This document shows, piece after piece, positions 1 through 13,431 of a DNA stretch of 59,570 nt (its first letter is position 1; every line of letters starts with the position of its first letter). The notes beneath the pieces were generated by a model. It made no database searches and was not told the DNA's origin. It saw nothing but the letters and a program-made list of their open reading frames with translations. The DNA is from Terracidiphilus sp. GTDB lineage: Bacteria > Acidobacteriota > Terriglobia > Terriglobales > Acidobacteriaceae. The stretch covers positions 1 through 59,570 of the forward strand of contig DASQSP010000212.1 in assembly GCA_035642355.1 (NCBI GenBank), given 5' to 3'. A program made the position numbers and the translations under genes.

Positions 1-2
1 GC

Positions 3-140
3 ATCGAACGCTGCTTCAACAAACTCAAACACTTCCGCCGGTTCGCCACACGCTACTGCAAGACCATCCAGGCTTTCCGCGCCTTCACCGCTCTCGCTTG
101 CGCTTGGCTACACCTCAAACTATATGTGGATACGCCCTAG
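3..140 (+). mobile_element. 3' end of IS5-family (IS427-like) transposase and right end of the element, truncated by window start
   Basis: Frame 3 reads IERCFNKLKHFRRFATRYCKT...AW, the typical IS5/IS427 C-terminal motif. The TAG stop lies in the terminal ...GTGGATACGCCCTAG, ending in a CTAG target-like site. Confidence 0.85.
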
Positions 141-200
141 CGAAATCGTACTGGCGCGCGCATCGTCGACGATCTTGGTATCGATTAAGTCGTACATGCA

Positions 201-231
201 ATAAAGGCCCTGCTCTCACAAGCAGGGCCTT
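201..231 (-). terminator. Intrinsic terminator of atp operon
   Basis: AAGGCCCTGCT-ctcaca-AGCAGGGCCTT hairpin followed by T-rich sequence on the minus strand, just after the atpC stop. Confidence 0.7.
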
Positions 232-256
232 CGTCTCGCAATCGTTCAAACAAACG

Positions 257-691
257 CTAGTGCGCAGCCACCGTCTTCTTCTGCGCCGAGGCAACCTTGG
301 CCTCCGCTTCGGCAATCACGGCCAGCGCCTCCACATAGGCCTCTTCGCTGTCGCCTGCGTTCTTCCACTCCTGCTCGCCGCGCTCACGCTGCTTCTCCGC
401 CCGCGCCACGTCAATCGCCTCGGGCTTGAGCGCATCGTTGGCCAGAATCGTCACCCGATCCGGCAGCACCTCCACAAAGCCCCAGCTCACGTTGTAGATC
501 TGCCCATCCAGCTCGCCGCCGTGCACAGTCACGTCGCCCGCGCCCAGCTCCGCCAGCAGCGGCGCGTGGCCGTAGAGCGGCTCCAGATAGCCCGACTTCG
601 ACGGCAGCTCGACCGCATCGGCCAGCGCCTCAAAGAGAACGCGCTCCGGCGTCACCAGCCGTACGCGCAGTTGATTGCTTGCTTCCGCCAT
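257..691 (-). CDS. atpC: ATP synthase F1 epsilon subunit
   Basis: LVTPERVLF...LPSKSGYL...GHAPLL...GFVEV motif; position after atpD. Confidence 0.97.
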   Translation of the reverse strand: MAEASNQLRVRLVTPERVLFEALADAVELPSKSGYLEPLYGHAPLLAELGAGDVTVHGGELDGQIYNVSWGFVEVLPDRVTILANDALKPEAIDVARAEKQRERGEQEWKNAGDSEEAYVEALAVIAEAEAKVASAQKKTVAAH

Positions 692-702
692 AAATACCCT
701 TT

Positions 703-757
703 GAGCTTCTAGCTCCTAGCTTCTAGCTAAAAGCTAGAGGCTAGAAGCTGAAAGCTG
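703..757. repeat. Inverted heptamer array (TAGCTYC / GAAGCTA)
   Basis: Period-7 units in two opposed arms between atpD and atpC. Confidence 0.8.
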
Positions 758-760
758 TCG

Positions 761-2334
<1,574 letters not shown>

Positions 2335-2339
2335 CGTTC

Positions 2340-3410
<1,071 letters not shown>

Positions 3411-3414
3411 AACT

Positions 3415-3502
3415 TAGCTGCTAGCTCCTAGCCTCTAGCTTCTAGTCATTCTCTTTTGCTTCCAGCCTTGAGCTAGTAGCTAGAGGTTAGAAGCTAGTGG
3501 CT
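3415..3502. repeat. Inverted heptamer array (CTAGCTY / AGCTAGA)
   Basis: Period-7 arms between atpA and atpG. Confidence 0.8.
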
Positions 3503-3506
3503 GCTT

Positions 3507-5042
<1,536 letters not shown>

Positions 5043-5057
5043 CTCTGCGTTCCTTTG

Positions 5058-5195
5058 AGTGGTCAGTGATCAGCGGTCAGTGGTCGGCCTGTTTGTTACC
5101 GGCGCCGACATTTCCAACCGAAGATCCTGACTGCTTACTGCGATTACCAATCTCAAAAACCGATCCCAAACCATCGATCACCGATCACTGATCAC
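5058..5195. repeat. Inverted heptamer array (AGTGATC / GATCACT)
   Basis: Opposed period-7 arms at both ends of the atpH-atpA gap. Confidence 0.7.
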
Positions 5196-5734
5196 TATCC
5201 TGCAATCAATGCTTCCTTCAACCGCGCCAGCCGCCCGCGCACGGAGCCGTCGTAAACCGTGGACCCGATGCGCACCACCGCGCCGCCCAAAATCGACGCA
5301 TCCTGCTTGAAGTTCGCCTCGACGCGCGCGCCTGCCAGTTTGCCCACGCCTTCGAGCAGCGTCTTCTGTTCGTCCGCGCCCAGCGGACGCGCGGTCACAA
5401 TCTCCGCCTGGCGAATGCCCAGCCGCGCCTGCAATTCCTTGCGATACGCCGCAGCCACTTCATGCACCTGGCCGATGCGGTCGTTGTCGATGAGCACGGC
5501 CAGCAGGTTGCGCAGCTCTTTATCCATGCCGAGCTTCGCATTCAGCTTGTCAAGAATGCCGACCTTCTGCGCAGCCGTCACAGCCGGATTCTCAAAGAAT
5601 GTCTGAAGCTCAGCGCTGCCGTCCCATGTAGCTTCAAAGTCTGCCATCTGCCGGTCGAGCGCGGCGGTGTCGAGCCTGCGCTCGGTCACCACATCGAGAA
5701 ACGCCTGCGCATAGCGGGAGACAAAGGCGGCCAT
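5195..5734 (-). CDS. atpH: ATP synthase delta subunit
   Basis: SRYAQA N-terminus, ILGGAVVRIGSTVYDGSVRGRL C-terminus. Confidence 0.97.
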   Translation of the reverse strand: MAAFVSRYAQAFLDVVTERRLDTAALDRQMADFEATWDGSAELQTFFENPAVTAAQKVGILDKLNAKLGMDKELRNLLAVLIDNDRIGQVHEVAAAYRKELQARLGIRQAEIVTARPLGADEQKTLLEGVGKLAGARVEANFKQDASILGGAVVRIGSTVYDGSVRGRLARLKEALIAG

Positions 5735-6477
5735 TAGTTGAGTCCACCTTTCGTTACATCGCCCAAAAACTCGGCAATCAGCGCCCTGTCGGTCTCCGCC
5801 GTCAGCACCATTTGCTTCGCGGCCTGCTCAATCGCCAGTTCGGCGGCAAAGGTGCGCAGCCCGCGCCGGGCCTGCGCGGCGGCAGAGGCAATCTCCTGCT
5901 CCGCCGCGGCCACGATGCGCGTGCTTTCTTCGCCAATGGCCGCCTTGATGCGCGCTTCGTCGTTCTTCGCTTCGTCTTCCACTTGCGCGCGAATCGCCGC
6001 AATCTCCGTATCCAGGCTCGCGAGCTTCGCTTCCACCGCGCTTAACCGGCTCTTGGCCTCATCGGTCGCTTTGCGCGCGGAACTCAAATCCTGCTTCAGC
6101 GTCTCGGTGCGCTTGCGCAGCATCCTGGGCATGATGCGCGCCAGCGGAATCGCGATGCCGAAGAAGATGATGGCAAAGTTGATCAATTCGAACAGAAGCG
6201 CTGTCCGGTCCACGCCCATGTGCAGGGCTTTAGCGATCGACCGCACCATCGGCGTGTGGCGGAAGACGTCTTCGTCCTCGGCCGTCGTTTCGTTAGATCC
6301 CACTTTCTCGATAGCGGCATCGGCGCCATTTTGACCGGGGTGCGCAGCCTGCGCTGCCGGTGTTGCCTCCTGCGCCAGCGCGCGCTGCGAAGCGGCGGCC
6401 CCAGACAGCAGTGCTGCCAGCACCAGAGCCGGAAGAACCTTATGGGAGTTGCGAAGCGTCAAACGGAAGAGTTTCAA
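5734..6477 (-). CDS. atpF: ATP synthase F0 subunit b with N-terminal extension
   Basis: INFAII TM segment followed by a long coiled coil; operon position. Confidence 0.9.
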   Translation of the reverse strand: MKLFRLTLRNSHKVLPALVLAALLSGAAASQRALAQEATPAAQAAHPGQNGADAAIEKVGSNETTAEDEDVFRHTPMVRSIAKALHMGVDRTALLFELINFAIIFFGIAIPLARIMPRMLRKRTETLKQDLSSARKATDEAKSRLSAVEAKLASLDTEIAAIRAQVEDEAKNDEARIKAAIGEESTRIVAAAEQEIASAAAQARRGLRTFAAELAIEQAAKQMVLTAETDRALIAEFLGDVTKGGLN

Positions 6478-6932
6478 CGGGTACCCCCGGCCGTGGCGGG
6501 CAGCACCGCGCGAACCACCTGGCTGGCCAGCTCGGCCACCGAGCCCTGCACCGTCTGGCGCGCCTGCGCCGCGTCGGCCTCGATCTCTGTGCGGGCCTGA
6601 TGCACTTTTGCGCCGGCAGCCTTGCGGGCGGCGTCCAGGGCGGCATCACGCTCGGCGTTCCACTGCTTGATACGCTCCTCGCGCGCTTTGAAGATCACGG
6701 CCCGTGCCTGGCGCAACTTGGCGGCATATTCGGCCGCCCGCTCCTCGGCCTGGGCAATGGCTTTCTCGGCGTCCTCCACCGCCCCGGCGGTCCGGGCGCG
6801 GCGCTGCTTCAGGGCCGCGCTCAGCGGTCCCTGGACCAGGAACTGGTAAGCCAAAACCAATACGATGAACAACAAAGAGGTGGGGATGGCCCCGAGGAAG
6901 TACCCCTCTAGCTGCTGGAAGATCTCTTGCAT
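6474..6932 (-). CDS. ATP synthase F0 subunit b'
   Basis: N-terminal TM, PL..AL..RR motif, coiled coil; overlaps the atpF start. Confidence 0.9.
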   Translation of the reverse strand: MQEIFQQLEGYFLGAIPTSLLFIVLVLAYQFLVQGPLSAALKQRRARTAGAVEDAEKAIAQAEERAAEYAAKLRQARAVIFKAREERIKQWNAERDAALDAARKAAGAKVHQARTEIEADAAQARQTVQGSVAELASQVVRAVLPATAGGTR

Positions 6933-7103
6933 TCAGGCACCGAACATTTCAGGCGGTCTACTCGTGTATCAAAGCTGCGAGTCCATTGAGGGTGGAACAC
7001 CTTCTTGTATCAGGCGCGCACGCCCAAGGTCAACGCGCACGGGCCTCTCCTCACCGGATACGCTCTGGCTCTCGCGCATCCGCGATTTTTAACAAGAATT
7101 GTG

Positions 7104-7131
7104 TTGAATTCCCTCCGAACAGGCCCATACT
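7104..7131 (+). promoter_or_regulatory. Putative sigma70 promoter TTGAAT-16-CATACT
   Basis: Hexamers directly upstream of the hairpin-rich 7138-7225 segment. Confidence 0.4.
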
Positions 7132-7137
7132 GAGATT

Positions 7138-7225
7138 ACCACCCAGACCCGGTTCAGGGTCCAGCGGGCAGGCGGCTTCGGGAAGTCTCTCCACTCCCCA
7201 GGCTGTTTGCCCGCTTCTTAATTTT
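7138..7225 (+). ncRNA. Candidate small structured RNA (possibly Acido-1-like)
   Basis: Short GACCC/GGGTC hairpin, then a long stem AGCGGGCAGGCGGCTT...AGGCTGTTTGCCCGCT with several G.U pairs, then a T-rich tail. Confidence 0.5.
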
Positions 7226-7384
7226 ACGGGGCATTTTGCCCGCCTTTCCCAGACATCTTCCCCGCCCGCCTCGACTCCGCAGCCAGATTCCCCGTCTACT
7301 TCCCTAACGGCCGCTCCGGGCCAGCCCGCCAAAGCATCAGCGGCGGGTCAGCCCCGGCCGGTCCCATCGGAGGAACGTCCCGTC

Positions 7385-7870
7385 ATGCGCAAACCGCTTC
7401 TCGCCCTCGCCCTCGGCAGCCTGCTTTGCTGCGGCATCGCCACCGCTCCCGCACAGGACAACCCGCAACCTCAGCAGGACGGCCAGTACAGCCGCGGACC
7501 GGGCGGAGGCCCGGGCGGCGGTCAGGGCCGCGCGAATCCCGACCGCCAGCTTGAGCGCCTCACCGGCGAGCTCGGCCTCTCCAGCGACCAGCAGGCGCAG
7601 ATCCGCCCCATCCTCGTCGACCGCCAGCAGAAGACGCAGGCCCTGTTTCAGAACCAGTCGCTCTCCGAGCAGGATCGCCGCCAACAGATGCGCGCCATCT
7701 CCGAGGCCAGCCGCGCCGCCACCAGGGCCGTGCTCACCGACGACCAGAAGCAGAAGTTTGACGCCATACAGGACCAGCGCGGCCGCCGCGGCGGACGGCA
7801 GGGCCGCCAGGGCCAGCCTGAAGAGCAGAGCCCGCCCGAAGGACAGGCCCCGCCCCAACCGCAGCAGTAG
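7385..7870 (+). CDS. Secreted Spy/CpxP-like helical protein
   Basis: Signal peptide; LGLSSDQQAQI and VLTDDQKQKF (LTXXQ-like) motifs; start set at MRKPLL. Confidence 0.7.
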   Translation: MRKPLLALALGSLLCCGIATAPAQDNPQPQQDGQYSRGPGGGPGGGQGRANPDRQLERLTGELGLSSDQQAQIRPILVDRQQKTQALFQNQSLSEQDRRQQMRAISEASRAATRAVLTDDQKQKFDAIQDQRGRRGGRQGRQGQPEEQSPPEGQAPPQPQQ

Positions 7871-7873
7871 GGG

Positions 7874-9442
7874 TTACTTCGTCGAGCTGACGATAAACGC
7901 CGACAGGTCGGCCTTCAGCCTGTGCAGCGCGTCCACGTTCAGGTAGATCATGTGCCCGGACGGGTAGTAGCCGAAATGCACGTTGCCGCGCAGCTCGGGC
8001 TCCAGGCCCATGTGGTCCAGGTCAAACTCGGTCGCGAAGAACGGCGTGGCTAGATCGAAGTAGCCGTTAGCGGAGAAGACCTGCAGGTGCGGCTCCTCGC
8101 GGATTGCGCCTGCCAGGTCGCCCGCCACATAGGGCGCGGCCTGCGCGCCGCCCCGGCCACCTGGACCGCTGGTGGGCCGGTGCTTCCAGTCCCACTCGCC
8201 AATGGTGTTGGCGCTGGGCCGGTAGTCATCGGTTGTGTCGTACTTCAGGTCGTGCTGCAGATAGTCGTGCAGCGCGGCCACAAACGCGCCCTTGATGCCC
8301 GCTTCGGTTGCATCGTAGCTCGGGTTCTCGCCCGCCGCGTCCATGTCCTCGCCCTCAAAGCGCATGTCATAGCGGCCCAGCGTCCGCCGGTCGCCGCGCA
8401 GTACCTCCTTGCGGAACCGCGTGGGGGAAATGCGCAGGTTGGCCTCCTTCACGTAGTCCACGCTCAGGCCGGTAAAGTGCGCCACCTGCTGGGCAATCTC
8501 GTCCCGTTGCGCCGCGGGCAGCTTGTCGCCCATGAACAGCGCGTCAGCGTAAGGCCCGGCGGCAAACTCGCGCGCCTGCTGCACCCACGCCGCCATGTCC
8601 GCCGGCTTGTTGGGAATCTTGTCGAAGTACCACGCCGCCGCCGCATAACTCGGCAGGTTGAAGACATAGCCCATGTCATAGCCCGGCGACTCCACAAAGT
8701 AGTTCAAAATCGACGAGATCAGCACAATGCCGTTCAACTGCACGCCGTCGTTGCTCAGCATACCCGCCAAACCCGCCGACCGCGTGGTTCCATACGACTC
8801 GCCGATCAGAAACTTCGGCGAGTTCCACCGCTCATTCACCGTCAGGTAGCGCTGAATAAACCTGTCGAAAGCCCGCAGGTCCTGATCCACGCCCGCGAAA
8901 TCCTTCACCGTTCCCTTGCCCACCGCGCGCGAGTAGCCGGTCAGCGGCGCATCTATAAATACGAGATCGGTCTTGTCCAGCAGCGAGTCCTGATTCGGCA
9001 CCAGCTTGAACGGCGGCCCCGGCGTCGGCTTGGGGCTGTCCGTCTCCACGCGCACCGGCGCGAACGAGCCCATGTGCAGCCACAGCGTGGCCGAACCCGG
9101 CCCGCCGTTGTAAAGGAAGCTCACCGGCCGCGTGCCCGGCTCCGCGCCGTCCAGCGTATAGGCCACGTAGAAGATGCTGCCGTAGGGCTTCTCCTCTTCG
9201 TCGCGGATGATCAGGTTGCCGGCCGTCGCCGTGTACTTCAGCACCTTCCCGTCCAGCGTCAGCTCGTGGTGCGTCACCACGGGCTTTTCCGGCGGAACCG
9301 GCGTCATGTCCTTGTCGGTGTCCTTGTGGTCGGCGTCCTTGTGCTGCTCCATCGCGGCGGGCGGTTTCTGATCCTGCGCGTTGGCCGCGCTCAAAGAGCC
9401 TGCGAATATCAAGGCAAGCATGAATAGAAGACTACGTTTCAT
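7874..9442 (-). CDS. S10 family serine carboxypeptidase
   Basis: NGGPGS, GESYG nucleophile motif, SGHMIY; signal peptide. Confidence 0.93.
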   Translation of the reverse strand: MKRSLLFMLALIFAGSLSAANAQDQKPPAAMEQHKDADHKDTDKDMTPVPPEKPVVTHHELTLDGKVLKYTATAGNLIIRDEEEKPYGSIFYVAYTLDGAEPGTRPVSFLYNGGPGSATLWLHMGSFAPVRVETDSPKPTPGPPFKLVPNQDSLLDKTDLVFIDAPLTGYSRAVGKGTVKDFAGVDQDLRAFDRFIQRYLTVNERWNSPKFLIGESYGTTRSAGLAGMLSNDGVQLNGIVLISSILNYFVESPGYDMGYVFNLPSYAAAAWYFDKIPNKPADMAAWVQQAREFAAGPYADALFMGDKLPAAQRDEIAQQVAHFTGLSVDYVKEANLRISPTRFRKEVLRGDRRTLGRYDMRFEGEDMDAAGENPSYDATEAGIKGAFVAALHDYLQHDLKYDTTDDYRPSANTIGEWDWKHRPTSGPGGRGGAQAAPYVAGDLAGAIREEPHLQVFSANGYFDLATPFFATEFDLDHMGLEPELRGNVHFGYYPSGHMIYLNVDALHRLKADLSAFIVSSTK

Positions 9443-9467
9443 CGGCAATTAACCCCCAGGTGATCTT

Positions 9468-9596
9468 AACTGACCACTGACCACTGACGGCTGACGGCTG
9501 AAAGCTGAGGGCTGAAAGCTGAGGGCTGAAAGCTGAGGGCTGAAAGCTGAGGGCTGAAAGCTGAGGGCTGAAAGCTGAGGGCTGAGGGCTGAAAGC
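9468..9596. repeat. Heptamer-based tandem array with six perfect GCTGAAAGCTGAGG copies (9497-9580)
   Basis: Directly visible tandem repeat between bshC and the S10 peptidase. Confidence 0.95.
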
Positions 9597-9608
9597 GAAC
9601 GGCTGTCC

Positions 9609-11225
9609 TCACAGCCACAGCGAGGCATGGCTGCAGCAGGTCGAAGCCGCCGCTTCCGCCGTCAGCCGCTCCGCCAGCTCAAGCCCGTAGCGGCCGAAGT
9701 AGTAGGCCGCGCCGTGCATCCGCTCCTGCAGCACGCCGCCGGGAAAGACCGCGCGGCTGATCGCATCGGCGTGGCGCTTCAGGCTCTCTTCGCGCTGCAT
9801 CTGGAAGTTCGCCGCCAACCGACGCAGCCGGTTCATCTGGTAGCGCATCTTGCGCGCCGCCGTGTCGCCCGAGCGGCCCAGGCCCGCATCGAGCGCGTGC
9901 ATCCACGCGAGCAGCGGCGTCAGCTCTTCGTCCAGCGCGTTGCCTGCCGCGGCCAGCCTGGTCTTGCCCTCTACCGGCATCGCCCGCGCCGCCAGCAACT
10001 GCGCCAGCGAGTCGGCGTTCTCCTGAAACACGCGATCCAATGTCAGCTCATGCGTGCGCAGCAGCTCGCCCATCGCCGGCTCAATCAGCGTGGCGGAGAA
10101 ACGCGGCTCCGCATGAGTCATGCGCCCCAGAATCTTCTCAAACAGCACCGCCGACTGCGCAAAATACGCAATCTCCGCCGGCCCCCCGATAGTCAGTGAC
10201 GTCGAGAACAGAAAGTCCTGAAACACCGGCCGCAGCAGCGCCGCCGGCGAAATCCGCTCCGGCTCCGCTTCCAGAATTCCCACCAGCTCCGCCGTCGAAT
10301 ACCTGTCGCGCCCCGCCAGCCACACCCCCGCGGGCTCGGCGGCGCTGGGCGGCTCGCGCTTCAGCGCCACCCGCGCGCCGGTCTTCGCATCGATCAAGAA
10401 CAGCAGGCTCGAATGCGCCGCCACCGCCACCTGCGCGTGATACCCCGCCGCCGTCAGCGCACTATTGCGCTCATCGAGCGCCGCATGCAGCTCGTCCGCC
10501 CGCTCAAGAGCCGCGCGCAGCACCGGCGCGCCCAGCCGATGCGCCTCGCGCCCCTCGGCATCGAAGATCAGCAACCCCTGCGCGGCAAACACCCTGGCAT
10601 AAAACTCCGCAAACGCCTGCCCAAAGGTGCGCCCCGGCGTGTATGCCGCGGCCAGAGCCTCCATCGCGTCCGAGTAGCCCACCAGCTCCCACGCCTGTTC
10701 GAGCAGCGGCAGAATCGTCTCATCCAGCACCACCCCGCCCACCCGCACCGGCGCCGCCGGAGCCTTGTCGTAGACCAGCCTGGTCAGCTCCCGCCGCGAT
10801 GGAAACACAACATGATCGATCTCCGCAAAATCGTGGTCCTCGGTCGCCAGCCAGAACACCGCCGCATGGGGCCTGCCCGCCTCGCTCGCCTTCCGCGCCC
10901 GCGCCACCGCCGTGGCCGCCTTGAGCGGCACAAACATCGGCCCACCCAACAGCCCCACCTGCTGCCCCGTCACAACGATTCCGGCCCCGCCGCGCAAACT
11001 CGCGAGCGCCGCCCTGCCCGCATCCCCCGCCTGAGGGTTCTGCGCCGCCAGCAAATCGACCAGTTCAGTCCAGTGCGCGGGCAGCGCCGGGCGCGCCTGC
11101 CAGCCCGCATCGAAGGGAACAAATCCGTAGAAGGGCCGCACCCCTGCGGCGGCCGCGCAAAACTCCGCGAAGAGCCGGGTCAGGCCCGGCGCCACAGCTG
11201 CTGGATGACAGTCTGCTATCGACAA
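9609..11225 (-). CDS. bshC: Bacillithiol biosynthesis cysteine-adding enzyme
   Basis: VVTGQQVGLLGGP, FWLATEDHDFAEI, GGPAEIAYFAQ, LQER motifs. Start placed at TTG 11225 because the longer ORF start lies within a MITE. Confidence 0.88.
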   Translation of the reverse strand: MSIADCHPAAVAPGLTRLFAEFCAAAAGVRPFYGFVPFDAGWQARPALPAHWTELVDLLAAQNPQAGDAGRAALASLRGGAGIVVTGQQVGLLGGPMFVPLKAATAVARARKASEAGRPHAAVFWLATEDHDFAEIDHVVFPSRRELTRLVYDKAPAAPVRVGGVVLDETILPLLEQAWELVGYSDAMEALAAAYTPGRTFGQAFAEFYARVFAAQGLLIFDAEGREAHRLGAPVLRAALERADELHAALDERNSALTAAGYHAQVAVAAHSSLLFLIDAKTGARVALKREPPSAAEPAGVWLAGRDRYSTAELVGILEAEPERISPAALLRPVFQDFLFSTSLTIGGPAEIAYFAQSAVLFEKILGRMTHAEPRFSATLIEPAMGELLRTHELTLDRVFQENADSLAQLLAARAMPVEGKTRLAAAGNALDEELTPLLAWMHALDAGLGRSGDTAARKMRYQMNRLRRLAANFQMQREESLKRHADAISRAVFPGGVLQERMHGAAYYFGRYGLELAERLTAEAAASTCCSHASLWL

Positions 11226-11246
11226 CGCGTTCACTTCCAGTTCTAA

Positions 11247-11365
11247 GGAACCTCTGATCAAGTCGATGTTTTGAAAGGGCACGGCTTTAGCCGTGCCGTA
11301 AGTAGCGCAAATTTAACTGGGCTTTAGCCCCTGAGGGAATGCGCTGTGACTTAATCAGACCTTCC
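11247..11365. mobile_element. 119-bp MITE, IS5-like TIRs, carrying family-A REP core
   Basis: GGAACCTCTGATCAAGTC / GACTTAATCAGACCTTCC (15/18 inverted match), flanked by CTAA and TTAA. Internal GGCACGGCTTTAGCCGTGCC...GGGCTTTAGCCCC. Confidence 0.8.
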
Positions 11366-11521
11366 TTAATGGTCAGCTTCGAGCCCCGGTCTTCACATCC
11401 GGTCGCGGCTCGCGGAATTCGGCTCAGTTAAGGATGCCATGCCGGGCCGAATCGATGCACAACGGTGCGCTGGCTTATCCTGAGACTTCACCGATTCCCG
11501 CTCCCAAGGAGAACGCCCTCG

Positions 11522-12175
11522 ATGCCCAGCAAGCCCAAGGCGGCCAAACCCGCCAAGCCCAAAAAGCTGAAAGCCCCAAAAGCCAAGCCCGCCGCCGTTG
11601 CCGCGGCAAAGCTCATCAGCTCCGTCGTCGTCTACGACGGCAAGCTCTTCAAGGTGCGCCACGACAAGCTCGTCGAACCCGACGGCAAGCCCCAGGAGCG
11701 CGACGTCATCCGCCACAACGGCAGCGTCGTCATCCTCGCCCTCGACAGCTCCAAGAGCAGGAAGGATCCCTGGCTCGTCATCGAGCGCCAGTATCGCCAC
11801 GCCGCCAACCAGTATCTATGGGAGCTGCCCGCAGGCAAGCTGGATGCGGGCGAAGAAGCTATGGATGGCGCCAAACGCGAGCTCGAGGAAGAGACCGGCT
11901 ACCGCGCCAAAAAATGGAAGCCCCTGGTCGAGTACTACGCCAGCCCCGGCTTCCTCGGCGAATCCATGAAGGTGTTTTTGGCCGAGGGCCTCATCGCCGG
12001 TGACGCCCACCCCGAAGCGGACGAGCACATCGAGTTTCGCCTCGTGAAGCTCTCCGAAGTGCTCAAGATGATCGACAAGGGCGCCATCCTCGACGGCAAA
12101 ACCCTCACCACGGTGCTCCTCTACGCGCGCCTCATCGGCAAAAAATCCGCCAAGAAGAAGAACAAGAAAAAATAG
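11522..12175 (+). CDS. NUDIX hydrolase (ADP-ribose pyrophosphatase-like)
   Basis: ELPAGKLDAGEE...AKRELEEETG Nudix box. Confidence 0.93.
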   Translation: MPSKPKAAKPAKPKKLKAPKAKPAAVAAAKLISSVVVYDGKLFKVRHDKLVEPDGKPQERDVIRHNGSVVILALDSSKSRKDPWLVIERQYRHAANQYLWELPAGKLDAGEEAMDGAKRELEEETGYRAKKWKPLVEYYASPGFLGESMKVFLAEGLIAGDAHPEADEHIEFRLVKLSEVLKMIDKGAILDGKTLTTVLLYARLIGKKSAKKKNKKK

Positions 12176-12196
12176 CAGCACACGAGAGGCCAGCCC

Positions 12197-12308
12197 GGTG
12201 CCCCATCCATGCGCAGCATGGGTGGAAAACCACAAAAGCCGCATCGAGCAAACGCCGGGTGCCCCATCCATCGCGCGTCCTGTGCGCGATGGGTGAGAAA
12301 CCACGAAC
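12197..12308 (+). repeat. Two tandem family-B REP-like palindromes
   Basis: GGTGCCCCATCCAT...ATGGGTG...AAACCAC twice (12197-12236, 12257-12308). Confidence 0.85.
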
Positions 12309-12343
12309 CGCGTCAGGGTACAACCCGGAGCAGCTTTGTAACA

Positions 12344-12495
12344 GGGCACGAGTTTACTCGTGCCGTAAATGCCTGAAATTCAACCCCTGGGCTTCAGCCC
12401 CTGCTGAACTTTCCTAACCGGGCATGTGCTTTCCCGCAGCCTGTTCAGTCGTGCCGTATCTGTCGCAAAATGAAATGGGGTTTTAATCCCCAGGG
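12344..12495 (+). repeat. Family-A REP core plus a truncated second copy
   Basis: GGGCACGAGTTTACTCGTGCC...GGGCTTCAGCCCC, then TTCAGTCGTGCCG...GGGGTTTTAATCCCC. Confidence 0.8.
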
Positions 12496-12557
12496 ATCGG
12501 TTGTCGCGAACCGACGACCTACCCAAGCCCGCGAGGCGAGCCGTGCCGCACTGCCCC

Positions 12558-13190
12558 ATGAAGTTCCGTTACCTGCGCGGCCTGCTGCCCGCCCAGCCGC
12601 GCATTCTCGACATCGGCTGCGGCAACCACTCGCCGACGCTCACCCGCCGCTGGTTCCCGGACTGCACTTACTCCGGCGCGGACATCCAGCAGTACAACAA
12701 CAGCGAAGCCGACCTCGCCGCAATGGACGCCTTCTATCCCGTCGGCGCGGACGGCTCCGGCTACGACGCCATCCCCGGCAGCAGCTTCGACCTCGTGCTC
12801 CTCAATCACGTCGTCGAGCACATGGCCGACCCCGCCCCCATCGTGGCCGCGCTCTGCGCCAAGCTCGCGCCCGGCGGCTACATCTGGATCGCCTTCCCCT
12901 CGCTGCGCAGCCTCGCGCTGCCCCACTCCGACGACGAAACCCTCAACTTCTGCGACGACCCGACCCACATCCGCGTCCCCGATGTGCGCGAAGTCTCCAA
13001 CATCCTCCTCGCCCACGGCGTCGCCATCGTACACGCCGGCCGCTCGCGCGAAGGCCTGCTCACCACCCTCGGCGACATCGTCAAGCTGGCCAAACGCCTG
13101 GTGCGCCGCGCCTTCACCGGCCGCTTCTCCGGCCGGGGCATGTGGTACATCCTCGGCTTCGAGGATCACGTTCTGGGCCGCCGCCGCTAA
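12558..13190 (+). CDS. Class I SAM-dependent methyltransferase
   Basis: ILDIGCG motif I, FDLVLLNHVVEH, LAPGG. Confidence 0.9.
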   Translation: MKFRYLRGLLPAQPRILDIGCGNHSPTLTRRWFPDCTYSGADIQQYNNSEADLAAMDAFYPVGADGSGYDAIPGSSFDLVLLNHVVEHMADPAPIVAALCAKLAPGGYIWIAFPSLRSLALPHSDDETLNFCDDPTHIRVPDVREVSNILLAHGVAIVHAGRSREGLLTTLGDIVKLAKRLVRRAFTGRFSGRGMWYILGFEDHVLGRRR

Positions 13191-13431
13191 CTCTTTTCCG
13201 CACAAAAAAATCACACCGCAATTCCTGACTTAGAGTGCCCTCCAACCTGGAAAAATCAGGTACTTCGCCGGGCCCACCCTGGCTCGCCGTCTCCCCGCTT
13301 TTCATCCGATCAATCAATTCGCTCAAAAAACGCTCAACCTTTCGGGCGGCTATTTCGTCATAAACATTGGCGGCTCACCCTCCGTTCCGGTCGTGGGCCG
13401 CTCGAATTCAAACCGCAAGAAAGGCAAGCCT

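Noticed and set aside
3-140. IS5-family element as the mobiliser of the 11247/41132 MITEs
   Set aside because: Its end (reverse complement GGGCGTATCCACAT) does not match their GGAA(C/G)CTCTGA ends.
9497-9580. Possible CRISPR array
   Set aside because: Contiguous 14-mers with no spacers and no cas genes.
9609-11225. Solitary bshC as a novel pathway
   Set aside because: bsh genes are often dispersed; nothing here indicates a new pathway.
11226-11282. Longer bshC N-terminus
   Set aside because: The called start lies inside the MITE.
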